Assembly (NCBI GenBank): GCA_963761535.1
Contig: CAVXGS010000002.1
Coordinates: 702,413 to 766,412 of the forward strand
Source: an uncultured Coriobacteriales bacterium
GTDB taxonomy: Bacteria > Actinomycetota > Coriobacteriia > Anaerosomatales > CAVXGS01
Reading direction: 5' to 3'
DNA: 64,000 nt
Shown: piece by piece, positions 1-10,071 of the stretch
How the letters are laid out: each line of letters starts with the position of its first letter
Position numbering within the stretch: the first letter of the stretch is position 1
Made by a program: the position numbers and the translations under genes
The notes under the pieces: generated by a model
Told to the model about the DNA's origin: nothing
What the model saw: the letters and a program-made list of their open reading frames with translations, nothing else
Database searches by the model: none

Positions 1-635
1 CCCTCTTCGACGGCGACCCGGTAGTCGTTAGTCATCCCCATCGAGAGCTCGTCTAACTCTACACCATCGAGGGGCGACGCCTTCAGCGAATCCCGCAGCT
101 CGCGCAGCTCGCGAAACACCCATCGCACCTGCTCGGGACGGGCGTACGGCGCCATCGTCATCAGGCCGCGGACGAGCACGTTCTCCGACCGGCACGCTTC
201 GAGCAGCGCGTCGGCGACCTCGTCGGGCGAGAAGCCGTGCTTGCTCTGTTCGGCGGCGACGTTCACCTCGAGCAGCACCGGCTGAACCACACCGATCTCG
301 CCGGCTTTCCGGTCGATCGTATCGAGCAGGCGGATCGAGTCCACCGAGTGGATGAGACACGCCTTGCCCACGACGTCCTTCACCTTGTTCGTCTGCAGCG
401 TGCCGATGAAGTGCCAGTTCATGTCCGGGAACAGCCCGTACTTGCCCAGGAACTCCTGGACGCGGTTCTCCCCGAAATCCCGGATGCCTGCGGTGATCGC
501 GTGACCGATGACCTCGATGCCCACCGTCTTGGTCACGCCGATGATCGTGATCTCGTCGGCCGAGCGACCCGCGCAATCCGCTGCGTCCGCGACAGCCCGC
601 CGGACGACCTCGTATCGCTCGGCGACTGTCGTCAC
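1..635 (-). CDS. yggS: YggS-family pyridoxal-phosphate homeostasis protein (alanine-racemase-fold). The C-terminus runs off the window start.
   Basis: Minus-strand frame not listed in the ORF track reads VTTVAERYEVV...ITIIGVTKTV...NRVQE...HFIGTLQTNK...LSMGMTNDY, which are canonical YggS motifs. GTG start at 635-633, just after the phoU stop. The listed ORFs 28..576(-) and 237..683(+) are Arg-rich out-of-frame artefacts. Confidence 0.7.
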   Translation of the reverse strand, partial: MTTVAERYEVVRRAVADAADCAGRSADEITIIGVTKTVGIEVIGHAITAGIRDFGENRVQEFLGKYGLFPDMNWHFIGTLQTNKVKDVVGKACLIHSVDSIRLLDTIDRKAGEIGVVQPVLLEVNVAAEQSKHGFSPDEVADALLEACRSENVLVRGLMTMAPYARPEQVRWVFRELRELRDSLKASPLDGVELDELSMGMTNDYRVAVEE

Positions 636-639
636 GTCG

Positions 640-1302
640 CTACTCCGCCTGATCGGCGGCGTGCGCCTCCCGCTCGCCGGTGATCAGGAAGGCGATCCTC
701 TCGCCGATGTCGATGGAGTTGTCCGAGATGCGCTCCAGATATCGGCTGGCAAGCACCATCGCGGACGCCCACTCGATCTCGTCCTCGTCGTGCAGCCGCG
801 CAAGCTCGCGGAAGAACTGCTTGTAGAGCTGATCGATCGGCTCGTCGAGCTCCGGCAGCTTGCGCGCGAGGTCCAGGTCGCGGTTGTCGAGTGCCTCCCG
901 CGTGGCATCGAGCACGCGGTACACGAGGTTGCCCTGGGCCTGGATCAGGTCGTAGAGGGTCTGGGGGCCCTTCCGACCGGCGGTGCGCTGCGCCGCCTTG
1001 GCGATGTTGGTCGCGAGGTCGCCCATCCGCTCGAGGTGCATGCCGATGAAGGTGAGCGACTGCAGCAGGCGCAGGTCGCGGGCGACCGGGAACTGCGTCG
1101 CGATCGTCTCGAGGACCCGCTCCTCCACGCCGAGGCAGCGGTCGTCTATCTCGTCGTCGCCGTCGATCACCTTCTGCGCGAGATCGGCGTCACCCGTGAC
1201 GAGGGAGTTCACCGCGTCCTTCGTCGTCAACGTGACGCACAGAAAGATGTCGACGACCTCAGCGTGGAGATCTCGAAGCTCCTGTCGGAACTGCTCGCGC
1301 AT
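640..1302 (-). CDS. phoU: Phosphate transport system regulator PhoU
   Basis: 220-aa ORF with two PhoU repeats; lies directly downstream of pstB. Confidence 0.9.
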   Translation of the reverse strand: MREQFRQELRDLHAEVVDIFLCVTLTTKDAVNSLVTGDADLAQKVIDGDDEIDDRCLGVEERVLETIATQFPVARDLRLLQSLTFIGMHLERMGDLATNIAKAAQRTAGRKGPQTLYDLIQAQGNLVYRVLDATREALDNRDLDLARKLPELDEPIDQLYKQFFRELARLHDEDEIEWASAMVLASRYLERISDNSIDIGERIAFLITGEREAHAADQAE

Positions 1303-1395
1303 GACTGGCTCCTCATGGCCCGATGATGTTTCGTGCGAGTATAGCCGCCCCTCGCACCACTACAGCAACGTGCAACGAATCGTTTACGAGCGCTC

Positions 1396-2220
1396 CTAGC
1401 CGAACCGCCCGGTGATGTAGTCCTCGGTCTTCTTGTTGGACGGGCTCGTGAAGATATCCGACGTGCCGTTGTACTCAACCAGCTCGGCAGGCTCCCCGGC
1501 GAGCTCCTGGAGGAAGAACGCGGTGTAGTCGCTCACACGCGCGGCCTGCTGCATGTTGTGAGTCACGATGACGATGGTGACCTGGTCCTTGATCTCGGCC
1601 ATGAGGTCCTCGATGCGCTGGACGCTGGTGGGGTCGATCGCCGAGCACGGCTCGTCCATCAGGATCACCTCGGGCTGGACCGAGAGGACGCGCGCGATGC
1701 ACAGCCGCTGCTGCTGGCCGCCGGAGAGCGCAAGACCGTTCCTGCCGAGGATGTCGCGCGTCTCCTTCCACAGGTTCGCGCGCTTGAGCGACTCCTCGAC
1801 GATCGAATCGAGCTCGGCCTTGCGCTTCATGCCCTGAAGGCGGGGCCCGTACGCGACGTTGTCGTAGATCGACATCGGGAACGGGTTCGGCTGCTGGAAG
1901 ATCATCCCGACTCGGCGCCGGATATCGACGGGGTCGACGCCGGACGCGTAGATGTCTTCGCCATCGAGCGCCACGAGACCCTCGACCCTCGTCCCGGGAA
2001 TGAGGTCGTTCATCCGGTTGAGGCAGCGCAGCACGGTCGACTTGCCGCACCCCGACGGGCCGATGAACGCGGTGACGGCGTGCTCGATGACCGGAACGGT
2101 GACGTCCTTGAGCGCGTTGAAGTCCCCGTACCAGAAGTCGAGGTCCTCGATCTTGATCTTGTCCCGGGTCTGCGTGGCGACGGCGCTCACGCTCGTGGGC
2201 GGCGGGTTCTGCTCGGGCAT
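1396..2220 (-). CDS. pstB: Phosphate ABC transporter ATP-binding protein PstB
   Basis: 274 aa with Walker [13 protein letters not shown] signature LSGGQQQRL and the characteristic PstB N-terminus. Confidence 0.9.
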   Translation of the reverse strand: MPEQNPPPTSVSAVATQTRDKIKIEDLDFWYGDFNALKDVTVPVIEHAVTAFIGPSGCGKSTVLRCLNRMNDLIPGTRVEGLVALDGEDIYASGVDPVDIRRRVGMIFQQPNPFPMSIYDNVAYGPRLQGMKRKAELDSIVEESLKRANLWKETRDILGRNGLALSGGQQQRLCIARVLSVQPEVILMDEPCSAIDPTSVQRIEDLMAEIKDQVTIVIVTHNMQQAARVSDYTAFFLQELAGEPAELVEYNGTSDIFTSPSNKKTEDYITGRFG

Positions 2221-2224
2221 GTGT

Positions 2225-3050
2225 CTACACCTTCCGGTATCGCTTCAGCACCCACCGGGCGGTGAGGTTGAACGCGAGGATCAGGATCATCAGAACGAGT
2301 GCGGTGCCGTATGCGGCAGGGAGGTTGATGCCCTCCATCGCGAGCCGATACAGGTGAACCGTCATGCCCACACCGCCGTCCAGCGGGCTCTTCGCCTGGT
2401 TGATCGAGTCGCCCATGGTGTAGATGACCACGGCCGTCTCGCCCACCGCGCGTCCCGTCGCGAGGATGATGCCGGTGATGATGCGGGGCGCCGCGGCGGG
2501 AAGAACGGCTCGTGACACCGTCTGCCACTTGGTCGCCCCCATGCCGTAGCTGCCCCACCTGATGTAGCGCGGCACCGCCCGGATGGACTCCTCGGTGGTG
2601 CGCATGATGATCGGCAGCATGAGGAAGCTCAGCGCCAAGCGCGCCGGACAGGATCGAGAAGTTGAACCCCATGGCCTCGACGAACAGCGCGAAGCCGAAC
2701 AGGCCCAGCACGATCGACGGCACCGAGGCGAGCGAGTCGGCGGCGAACCGGATGGTGTCCACGACCTTGCCCTGCCGCGCGTACTCGGCGAGGTAGACAG
2801 CGGCCAGCACCGCGATCGGCGTCGCGATCAGCATCGCCAGCGCGGTCACGTACAGCGTGTTGGTGATGGTCGGCCAGATGCCGCCCTCGTAGTTGATGCC
2901 TTGCGGCCAGGTGAAGATGAACGCGAACGAAAGCGAGCGGATCCCGTTCACGAACACGTACGCGATGATCGAGAACAGGATGATCACGGTCGTGATCGCG
3001 GCTGCCCACAGCAGCCCGAGCGCGACGTTGTTGGCGAGTCGGCGATTCAT
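2225..3050 (-). CDS. pstA: Phosphate ABC transporter permease PstA (frame interrupted near 2645)
   Basis: N-terminal part in frame of ORF 2187..3050 (...[10 protein letters not shown]) and C-terminal part in ORF 2225..2638 ([19 protein letters not shown]...). The two join perfectly if one G is removed from cttGgcgctg. Confidence 0.8.
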
Positions 3051-3053
3051 CGG

Positions 3054-3969
3054 CTACCTCGCGTCGATATCCGAGCCGAGCCGCGCGATCAGGCGCACGG
3101 AGGCAACGAGGGCCATCGAGAATGCGAACAGCACCGCGGCCATGCCGAACAGCGCGGAGCGATGGAGGCCTGTCGCATAGGGCATGTCCATCACGATCTG
3201 AGTGGTGAGCGTCGCCATCGGCTTCGCCAGCCCGGCGGGGACCACCGGCGCATTGCCCACGACCATCAGCACCGCCATCGTCTCGCCGATCGCCCGACCC
3301 ATCCCCAGGATGATCGGCGTCGATGATCCCGATCTTCGCCGCGGGGATCAGGACCTTGTAGATGGTCTGCCACGTCGTCGCGCCCATCGCGTAGCTCGCT
3401 TCCCGGATGCCACCCGGGATCGAGCGGAGCGCGTCCTCTGAGAGCGCGGCAATGGTCGGCACGATCATGATCGCGAGGATCAGCCACGCGGTCACCGCCC
3501 CGAAGCCCAGTCCGCCGCTCGCATTGGCGATGATCGGCCGCAGCATCACGATGCCGAAAAAGCCGTAGACCACCGACGGGATGCCCGCGAGAAGCTCCAC
3601 GGCGGGCCGGACGATGCTGCGAACCTTGGGAGATGCGATCTCCGAGAGGAACACCGCTGTTCCCACCGCCAGCGGCGTTCCCAGCACCAGTGCGCCGACC
3701 GTCACGATGATCGAGCCGGTCAGCAGCGCGAGGATGCCGTACTCGCCGTCGGACGGCGCCCAGATCCAGCTGAAGAAGCCGCTCAGGCCGACGTCGGTGA
3801 ACACGGGCAAGGCGCGCCATCCAACGAACAGGAAGATGAGCGCCACACCGACCACGGCTACGCACGCGCATGCGAAGAACAGCGTGGCGAGAGTCCACTC
3901 CTTGGCGACCGTCTTTCGAGATACGAGCTGAAGCTCCGAGGGCTTCCGGCTCACGCTCGCACCCCACAC
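3054..3969 (-). CDS. pstC: Phosphate ABC transporter permease PstC (frame interrupted near 3318)
   Basis: N-terminal part in ORF 2629..3969 up to ...LIPAAKIGII, C-terminal part in ORF 3054..3302 (GRAIGETMAV...). An extra G after atcatc breaks the expected IITPIILGMGRAIGE motif. Confidence 0.8.
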
Positions 3970-3976
3970 ATGGCTG

Positions 3977-4842
3977 TCACTCGGACGACCCCTTCACCGA
4001 GCTGATGGGCAGGAAGCCGGCGTCCACGACCACCGTGTCCTGGATCTCGGGCGAGAGCACGTAGTCGATGTACTGCTTGGCGAGGCCAGTGGGCTCGCCC
4101 TTCGTGAAGAAGTGCAGCGTTCGGCCGATCGGGTACTCGCCCGACCCGATGCTCTGCGGGGTGGGAACGATACCGTCGACCCACACCGCCTTGACATCTC
4201 GGGTCGCGAACTTGGGGTTGACGAAGCCGAGCGAGATGTAGCCGACCGCACCCGGCGAGCGACTGACCACGTCGCGCACTTGCCCGGTGCCCGGCAGCAC
4301 GGCGGCAGCGCGATCGAAGGGAACGTCGCCCATCACGAGCTTCTTGAACGCCTCGCGGGTTCCTGACGCCTCGTCGCGGTTGACAAGGTCGATCGGCACG
4401 TCGGCGCCACCGACCTCGCTCCACTTGGTGATCTTGCCGGCGAAGATGCCCTGAAGCTGCTTGCTCGTCAGGTTCCCCACCCGGTTCGCAGGGTTCACGA
4501 TCACCGCGATGCCGTCGAACGCGATAGGCGTGTCCACGAGACCGAGGTTCTTTTCCTCGTCCTTGAGGTCGCGAGACGACGTCCCGATCTGCGCAGTCCC
4601 GGCTGCCACAGCCTCGATCCCCGCCGAGGACCCACGCCCGACACCTGGACCTGGGATTCGGGGTGCTCCTTCTCGAAGTCCTCGCGAGCGATCTCGGCGA
4701 TGGGCAAGACCGTCGTCGAACCCGTCACGACCAGTCGATCCGCTCGCCCCTCGCCTCTCGCGCAACCGGACAGCACGAGAGCACAGAGGAACGCGACGGC
4801 AAGGAGGCAAGCCGAGCGATGGAGGCCGAGGCGAGGATTCAT
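3977..4842 (-). CDS. pstS: Phosphate-binding lipoprotein PstS (frame interrupted near 4628)
   Basis: Signal peptide plus lipobox MNPRLGLHRSACLLAVAFLCALVLSGC in frame of ORF 4501..5073, and mature PstS domain in ORF 3977..4810. There is a 1-nt deletion at the junction QVQVSGVG|SSAGIEA. ATG at 4842 lies 4 nt after the pgeF stop. Confidence 0.8.
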
Positions 4843-4846
4843 CGAC

Positions 4847-5698
4847 CTACTCGAGGATGAGTGCGAGGGCCGCGTGACGTCCGGTGATGCCGGACGACGC
4901 GCGGTACGAGAAGAAGCGCTCGGTCGCCTCGGCAGTACAGATGCCGAGGCGGCACATGTTCTCCACACGCACCCCTGAGGCCGTAAGGTCTTCGGACACG
5001 GCGGCGCCGAGATCGAGGTGGCCCGGCGCGGCCTCGCAGACTGTATCAAATCTTCGTGCAAAGCCTGTAACAAGTTCGTTACTCACAGGGTAGTGCCGGG
5101 CGCAGATGTGGGGACCGACATAGGCGAGCAACCGGCCAGGGTCCGAGCCCGCCGATACGAGCTCCTCGACCGCGAGCCCCGAGATGCCGCCGAGCGCCCC
5201 TCTCCATCCCGCGTGAACGACAGCCAGACGCCGCGCCACGGGGTCGACCACGACCACTGGGACGCAGTCGGCAAACAGCAGCATCAGCGGCACGTTCGGT
5301 TCGTCAGTCATCAGAGCGTCGGTCGCCCCGACAGGCGCGCGTCCACCCGACGCGAACGCGCCCCTGCCCTCGTCCTCTCGGCCCACCCACGCCCGAGCCG
5401 TTCCGTGGACTTGCTCGGCGGTCACGAGCGTTGCCGTGGATACTCGCGGGTCGAGCGCCTTGAGGAAACGGCGGCGGTTCTCGTCGACCGCGTGCGGATC
5501 GTCGCCCACGTGGCCGGCAAGGTTCAGGCTGTCTCGCGGCGATACACTCACGCCGCCAGCCCGCTCGGAGAACGCGACGATGATGCCGGCGTCGTCTCGC
5601 AGGCCGCGGTCCTCATACCACCCGATGCCGCCGCGGGTGACGTGCGTGAGCTCGGTGATCATGGTCAAGACACTCCCGTTCGTAACTTCTGACAACAA
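4847..5698 (-). CDS. pgeF: Peptidoglycan editing factor PgeF (YfiH/DUF152 purine nucleoside phosphorylase-laccase fold)
   Basis: 283 aa with the conserved H..C..H core (FADCVPVVVVD, HAGWRG); the position after ftsZ is typical for actinobacterial pgeF. Confidence 0.85.
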   Translation of the reverse strand: MLSEVTNGSVLTMITELTHVTRGGIGWYEDRGLRDDAGIIVAFSERAGGVSVSPRDSLNLAGHVGDDPHAVDENRRRFLKALDPRVSTATLVTAEQVHGTARAWVGREDEGRGAFASGGRAPVGATDALMTDEPNVPLMLLFADCVPVVVVDPVARRLAVVHAGWRGALGGISGLAVEELVSAGSDPGRLLAYVGPHICARHYPVSNELVTGFARRFDTVCEAAPGHLDLGAAVSEDLTASGVRVENMCRLGICTAEATERFFSYRASSGITGRHAALALILE

Positions 5699-5776
5699 CG
5701 CCTCGGGGCGAGCACGCCCTCGGCTCCATTGGAGTATCGTCGAAGACGACGTGTCACCGACGAGGGAGGATGCCGC

Positions 5777-6839
5777 ATGGGCGTGGATATCTCACGCGCG
5801 TTCAAAGCGCCGTTCGACGATCCGGACTGGGTGAAGAAGACTCTGTTGGGATGGCTCTGGTTCCTTCTCATCTTCACCATGCCCGCCGCTTACGGAGCCT
5901 CGATCGAGTACATACAGCGTGTCGCTCGGGGGGACGAGGGACTTCCCGAGTGGGACGACTTCGGTGGCAAGTGGGTGAAGGGGCTGCTTGCCATGGTGGC
6001 AGGCTTCATCTACTTCCTGCCGGTGATCCTCATCGGGACGATCCTGGTGGTGCCGCTCGCCATAAGCGCGAACACGAGCGCTGACGGTCTGACCGGCCTG
6101 CTTGCCGGCGGTATGTGCCTGTTCTGGGTCGTGGCCGCCGTCTACATCGTCGGCGTGTCCGTGCTGTTCTACGCGGCGCTCACAAACTACGCAATGAAGG
6201 GCCATTTCGGCGCCTTCTTCGAGGTGGGAGACATCCTCGGGAAGGTCAAGGTTCAGGGCTACTGGACGGCATGGCTGTTCTCCATCGTCGTGAGCATCGC
6301 CGCATCCGCGATCACGAGCGTCCTCAGCGCCACGACCATCGGCGCAATCCTCTGGGGCGCAGTGACCTACCTGCAGGTCATGATCACCGCCCACCTGTTC
6401 GGACAGTGGGCGCGCGGTGCGTACGCCGTCAGCCCCTGCATACGCTCCCGCGGCCGCCGGCTACCCGGTCCCGACCACGCCGCCGGCTCCGCCCGCCTAC
6501 GCGCCGGCACCCCCGGCCCCCGTCGCGCCCCAGCCGGCCCCGCCCGCGCCCGCGGCTCCCGCCCCTCCTCCGGCGGTCCCGCAACCCGCGGCTCCGGCCG
6601 TTCCTGTCGCCCCGGTCGCGCCCGAGCCGGCCGCTCCGGCCGCTACGCCTGCGCCCCCGACACCTCCCGCGCCTCCGGTCGCGCCCGCGCCTTCAGTGCC
6701 GCCCGCACCGGTCGTGGAGCCTGCGCCCGCTGCGCCGGCCGAAGTCACGCCCGAGGTCGACGTGACGCCCCCGGCCGCGCCGGTCGAGCCAGTCGAGCCC
6801 TCGGAGCCCGACGAGCCGGGATCGTCCCCAGGCGCTTAG
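5777..6839 (+). CDS. DUF4013-like polytopic membrane protein with a long Pro/Ala-repeat C-terminal tail (frame interrupted near 6436)
   Basis: ATG at 5777 preceded by gagggagga RBS. N-terminus MGVDISRAFKAPFDDPDWVKKTLLGWLW...GLPEWDDFGGKWVKG followed by 4-5 TM helices, matching the DUF4013 pattern. The tail continues in frame of ORF 6417..6839 (PAPPAYAPAPPAPVAP...) after removal of one T at cccTgca. Confidence 0.5.
6440..6830 (+). repeat. Low-complexity ccg/gcc-rich coding repeat giving (P-A-P-P/A-P-A) tracts
   Basis: About 130 codons almost exclusively Pro/Ala/Val. The antisense ORF 6497..6748 (Gly/Ala-rich) is its mirror image. Confidence 0.7.
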
Positions 6840-6981
6840 CGGATCGAGGAGCCGACCGAACCCGCGTCAAGCGAGTCACAGCTCCAGAAATGAGGAGGAC
6901 CCTGTGGCGACGAGGTCCCGCCGTCGTCGCCACAGGGTCCAAATTGAGAACGTCGCGCTGATGCGCAGCAGTCTACACCGT

Positions 6982-8061
6982 CTAGACGGTCCTGCGCCGC
7001 AGGAACGCCGGGATGTCGAGCTCGTCCTCGGCGATCGGCTCGAACTGGGGCACCGAGAGGCCTTCCTCCTCGCCGCCGACCGCGCCGAACTCCATCGTCT
7101 CCTGCTTGCGGCGACCGTCGAATCCGGTCGCGATCACGGTCACGCGAATGGTGTCCATCATCGAATCGTCGATGACCGCTCCGAAGATGATGTTGGCCTC
7201 GGGAGACGCGGCAGTCTGAACGACCTCAGCGGCCTCGTTGACCTCGAACAGGCCGAGGTCGCTTCCGCCGGCGATCGAGAGCAACACGCCCTGCGCCCCC
7301 TGGATGCTCGACTCGAGCAGCGGGCTGGAGATCGCCGCTTTCGCTGCGTCGTGGGCGCGATTGTCGCCCGACGCGAGACCGATGCCCATGAGTGCAGAAC
7401 CGGCGTCTTCCATGATGGTGCGAACGTCGGCGAAGTCCAGGTTGATCAGACCGGGCACGGTGATCAGGTCCGTGATGCCCTGGGTGCCCTGCCGAAGGAT
7501 GTCGTCAGCGATCCGGAACGCGTCGAGGATCGACGTCTTCTTCTCGGCCACCTGCAACAGGCGGTCGTTGGGGATCACGATCAGCGTGTCGACACTGTCG
7601 CGCAGCAGCTTGATTCCGTCTTCGGCCTGCAGGGCGCGCTTGCGCCCCTCGAAGGAGAACGGACGGGTGACCACGGCAACAGTGAGCGCCCCGATCTCGT
7701 TCTTCGCGATGTCGGCGATCACAGGAGCGGCACCGGTACCGGTGCCTCCGCCTTCTCCGGCGGTGATGAAGACCATGTCCGCGCCCTGGAGCGCCTCCTT
7801 GATCTCCGCGCGGTTCTCCTCGGCAGCCTGGACTCCCACGTCGGGGTCGGCACCCGCCCCGAGACCCTTCGTGAGATTCACGCCGACGTGCACCTTGTAG
7901 TCGGCGTCGCTCATCAGCAGTGCCTGCGCGTCGGTGTTCACCGCGATGAACTCGACGCCCTTGACCCCGGCCTCCACCATACGGTTGACGGCATTCGTGC
8001 CTCCGCCACCCACACCGAGCACCTTGATCACGGCCAGGTAGTTCGCGCCTGTTTCGAGCAT
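6982..8061 (-). CDS. ftsZ: Cell division GTPase FtsZ
   Basis: 359 aa with GGGTGTG tubulin signature, intact. RBS aaggggagg before the ATG. Confidence 0.95.
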   Translation of the reverse strand: MLETGANYLAVIKVLGVGGGGTNAVNRMVEAGVKGVEFIAVNTDAQALLMSDADYKVHVGVNLTKGLGAGADPDVGVQAAEENRAEIKEALQGADMVFITAGEGGGTGTGAAPVIADIAKNEIGALTVAVVTRPFSFEGRKRALQAEDGIKLLRDSVDTLIVIPNDRLLQVAEKKTSILDAFRIADDILRQGTQGITDLITVPGLINLDFADVRTIMEDAGSALMGIGLASGDNRAHDAAKAAISSPLLESSIQGAQGVLLSIAGGSDLGLFEVNEAAEVVQTAASPEANIIFGAVIDDSMMDTIRVTVIATGFDGRRKQETMEFGAVGGEEEGLSVPQFEPIAEDELDIPAFLRRRTV

Positions 8062-8261
8062 TGGGCCTCCCCTTGAGTGAAAGGAGCTTCCTCTCGACTC
8101 CCTCGGAAAACTCTCACCCTCAACTTTAGCGTTAGTCGCGCCTTCGAACGCTCAATCTTTGCATAAAGCTTACCCTCCCGCAAGAACTTTTTGGGGGGAT
8201 TCTGGAGTGGCTCGGCTTCTGCACAACCAACAGAGGCCTTGAGCTGCGGGAACTCGTCGAG
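8062..8261 (-). promoter_or_regulatory. ftsQ-ftsZ intergenic region with probable ftsZ promoter(s)
   Basis: 200-nt noncoding spacer, the most AT-rich stretch in the cluster. Contains ttgcgg-N17-taagct and tatgcaaagatt elements upstream of the ftsZ RBS. Confidence 0.4.
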
Positions 8262-9206
8262 CTAGGGCTTGTCGAGACCCCGCCACGTGGGCCGATCGGG
8301 GGTCCGCACATTGATGTAGACGAGCTTGCCCTTCTGCTGAGCGAGGATCGCGAGCACCACAGCGTTCTTCTTCTTCATCTCGGTCGCAGGCCCCACGAAG
8401 ATCTGGATGCCGCCCTTGGTCACCAAGGCGGTCTTCTCCACCGAGGGCGCGGACACGAACTTCACGATCCCGCGGAGCGGTTGCGTCAGCTGACGCAGCA
8501 CCGAAAGCGCGTTCGTGATCTCGGCGGAATCGGCCGGCGAACCCACGACGGGCTTCAGCCCCTCGATGTCGATGACCGCCGGGACGAGGAATCGGTCGCC
8601 CTTCTGCTGCGGCTTCAGCCAGACCCCGTCAGAGGCGACGAGCCATGCGGCATGCTTCGAGGTGCGAACCCAGGCCGCCGGCACCCGTTCTCGAACGCGG
8701 ATTACGAGGGTGTGCGGGAAGTCCCGCTCCACCACCGCGGACGCGACCCACGGCTCAGATGCAACGCGCTCGGCAATTGCCGAGCGATCGACGTCGAGCA
8801 GGGTCGCTCCCTCGGGTACCGCGGCGAGGCGGAGCACGGTCTCGGTCGGGACGCGGGATGCGCCAGTCACCCTCACGTCGCGAACCGCGAACGTCTCGGC
8901 ATGACGGAGTCGCGCGAGCCCGAAGACCGCGAGCGCGACCAGCGCGACCACGCCGACCCCGATCGCGATCCTGCGCCGCTTGATCGAAGCCTGACGACGC
9001 TCGCGGTCCTGTCGTCGAGCCTCGACGAGGCGATTGCCCGCGGTGCGTTCCTTGGGACGTTGCAGCCGTTCTTTGGGCGTCGATTCGACCTCGGGCTGAC
9101 CCTTCGAGTACCTGACGCGAACGGTCTCGCGAGCACCGATGACGACGCGCTTACGGCTCGTCGAACGATCCGAGGAACTTGATTTCTGGCGTGAGTTCGA
9201 CGCCAT
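8262..9206 (-). CDS. ftsQ: Cell division protein FtsQ/DivIB
   Basis: 314 aa with basic N-terminus, single TM (IAIGVGVVALVALAVFGLA), then POTRA/beta domain. Lies between murB and ftsZ. The start may be later because the ORF overlaps the murB 3' end by 55 nt. Confidence 0.8.
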   Translation of the reverse strand: MASNSRQKSSSSDRSTSRKRVVIGARETVRVRYSKGQPEVESTPKERLQRPKERTAGNRLVEARRQDRERRQASIKRRRIAIGVGVVALVALAVFGLARLRHAETFAVRDVRVTGASRVPTETVLRLAAVPEGATLLDVDRSAIAERVASEPWVASAVVERDFPHTLVIRVRERVPAAWVRTSKHAAWLVASDGVWLKPQQKGDRFLVPAVIDIEGLKPVVGSPADSAEITNALSVLRQLTQPLRGIVKFVSAPSVEKTALVTKGGIQIFVGPATEMKKKNAVVLAILAQQKGKLVYINVRTPDRPTWRGLDKP

Positions 9207-10071
9207 GGGCGTCCCGTACCCTCTCCTGTGCGATCAGCATCAGTGCGACGATGTCCGAGGCGGTCGCACCGCCGAGGTTGACGATGAAGTTGGCGTGCAC
9301 CTCCGAGAACGCGGCGCCGCCGACTCGCTCCCCTTTCAGGCCTACCGCCTCGATCAGTCGGCCCGCGGAATCGTTCGGCGGATTCACGAACACACTTCCC
9401 GCGCTCGGCATGGACAGCGGTTGGCTGCGCTTGCGCCGAGCGAGGCCCGCTTCCATCGCGAGACGGATCCGGTCGCGGTCACCCTGGGACAGGTGCAGCG
9501 TCGTCTCAACGATCACGCCCCGCGACGGGAGGTCGCTTCGGCGGTAGTCCCACTCGATGTCTGACGCCCGCAGGCGCTGCAGACCTCCCCCGCCTGGGCG
9601 GAAGACCGTGACGGACTCCGTGATGGAGTCGATCCAGACATCTCTGCTTCCGGCGTTCATCGCGAGCGCACCGCCGATGGTGCCCGGAATGCCCACCGCG
9701 AACTCGAGTCCGGAGAGACCCGTCGCGAACGCAGTCTGCACGAGTCGCGCCAGCAGCACGCCCGATCCTGCGTGGAGCAGCTCTTCCTCGGCGGTATGCG
9801 ACCGGAACGCTCTGCCCAGCACGAGCACCGCGCCGGCGTAGCCGTCATCGCTCACGAGCACGTTGCTGCCCTTGCCCAACACCGTCCATGCCAGGTCGTG
9901 CTGAAGCAGGATATCGGTGCAGGCATGCAGGTCGGACAGGTCGTCGCACTCGATAAGAATCGCTGCGGCACCACCGACCCGGTAGGTGGTGTGCCGGGAC
10001 ATAGGTTCGTTCCGACGAACCTTACCCTTAACTTGAGCCTTAAGCTCGTGATATGCCTCCGCTAGCGGCAT
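9151..10071 (-). CDS. murB: UDP-N-acetylenolpyruvoylglucosamine reductase MurB
   Basis: FAD-binding domain (RHTTYRVGGAA...) and C-terminal MurB domain. Start chosen at MPLAEAYHEL (10071); the upstream 49 codons of the ORF are Arg-rich read-through. Confidence 0.85.
   Translation of the reverse strand: MPLAEAYHELKAQVKGKVRRNEPMSRHTTYRVGGAAAILIECDDLSDLHACTDILLQHDLAWTVLGKGSNVLVSDDGYAGAVLVLGRAFRSHTAEEELLHAGSGVLLARLVQTAFATGLSGLEFAVGIPGTIGGALAMNAGSRDVWIDSITESVTVFRPGGGGLQRLRASDIEWDYRRSDLPSRGVIVETTLHLSQGDRDRIRLAMEAGLARRKRSQPLSMPSAGSVFVNPPNDSAGRLIEAVGLKGERVGGAAFSEVHANFIVNLGGATASDIVALMLIAQERVRDAHGVELTPEIKFLGSFDEP

Noticed and set aside
28-683. ORFs 28..576(-) and 237..683(+), both Arg/His/Asp-rich
   Set aside because: They are out-of-frame readings of the yggS coding region. 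The third minus frame gives a clean YggS protein.

The same applies to the many Arg-rich antisense ORFs across the window, for example 1475..2050, 2583..3326, 12549..13820, 17670..19160, 26091..27569 and 27448..28677. They are typical of 70% GC DNA.
6497-6748. Gly/Ala-rich 83-aa ORF on the minus strand
   Set aside because: It is the mirror image of the Pro/Ala-encoding ccg/gcc repeat of the DUF4013 tail and is not an independent gene.
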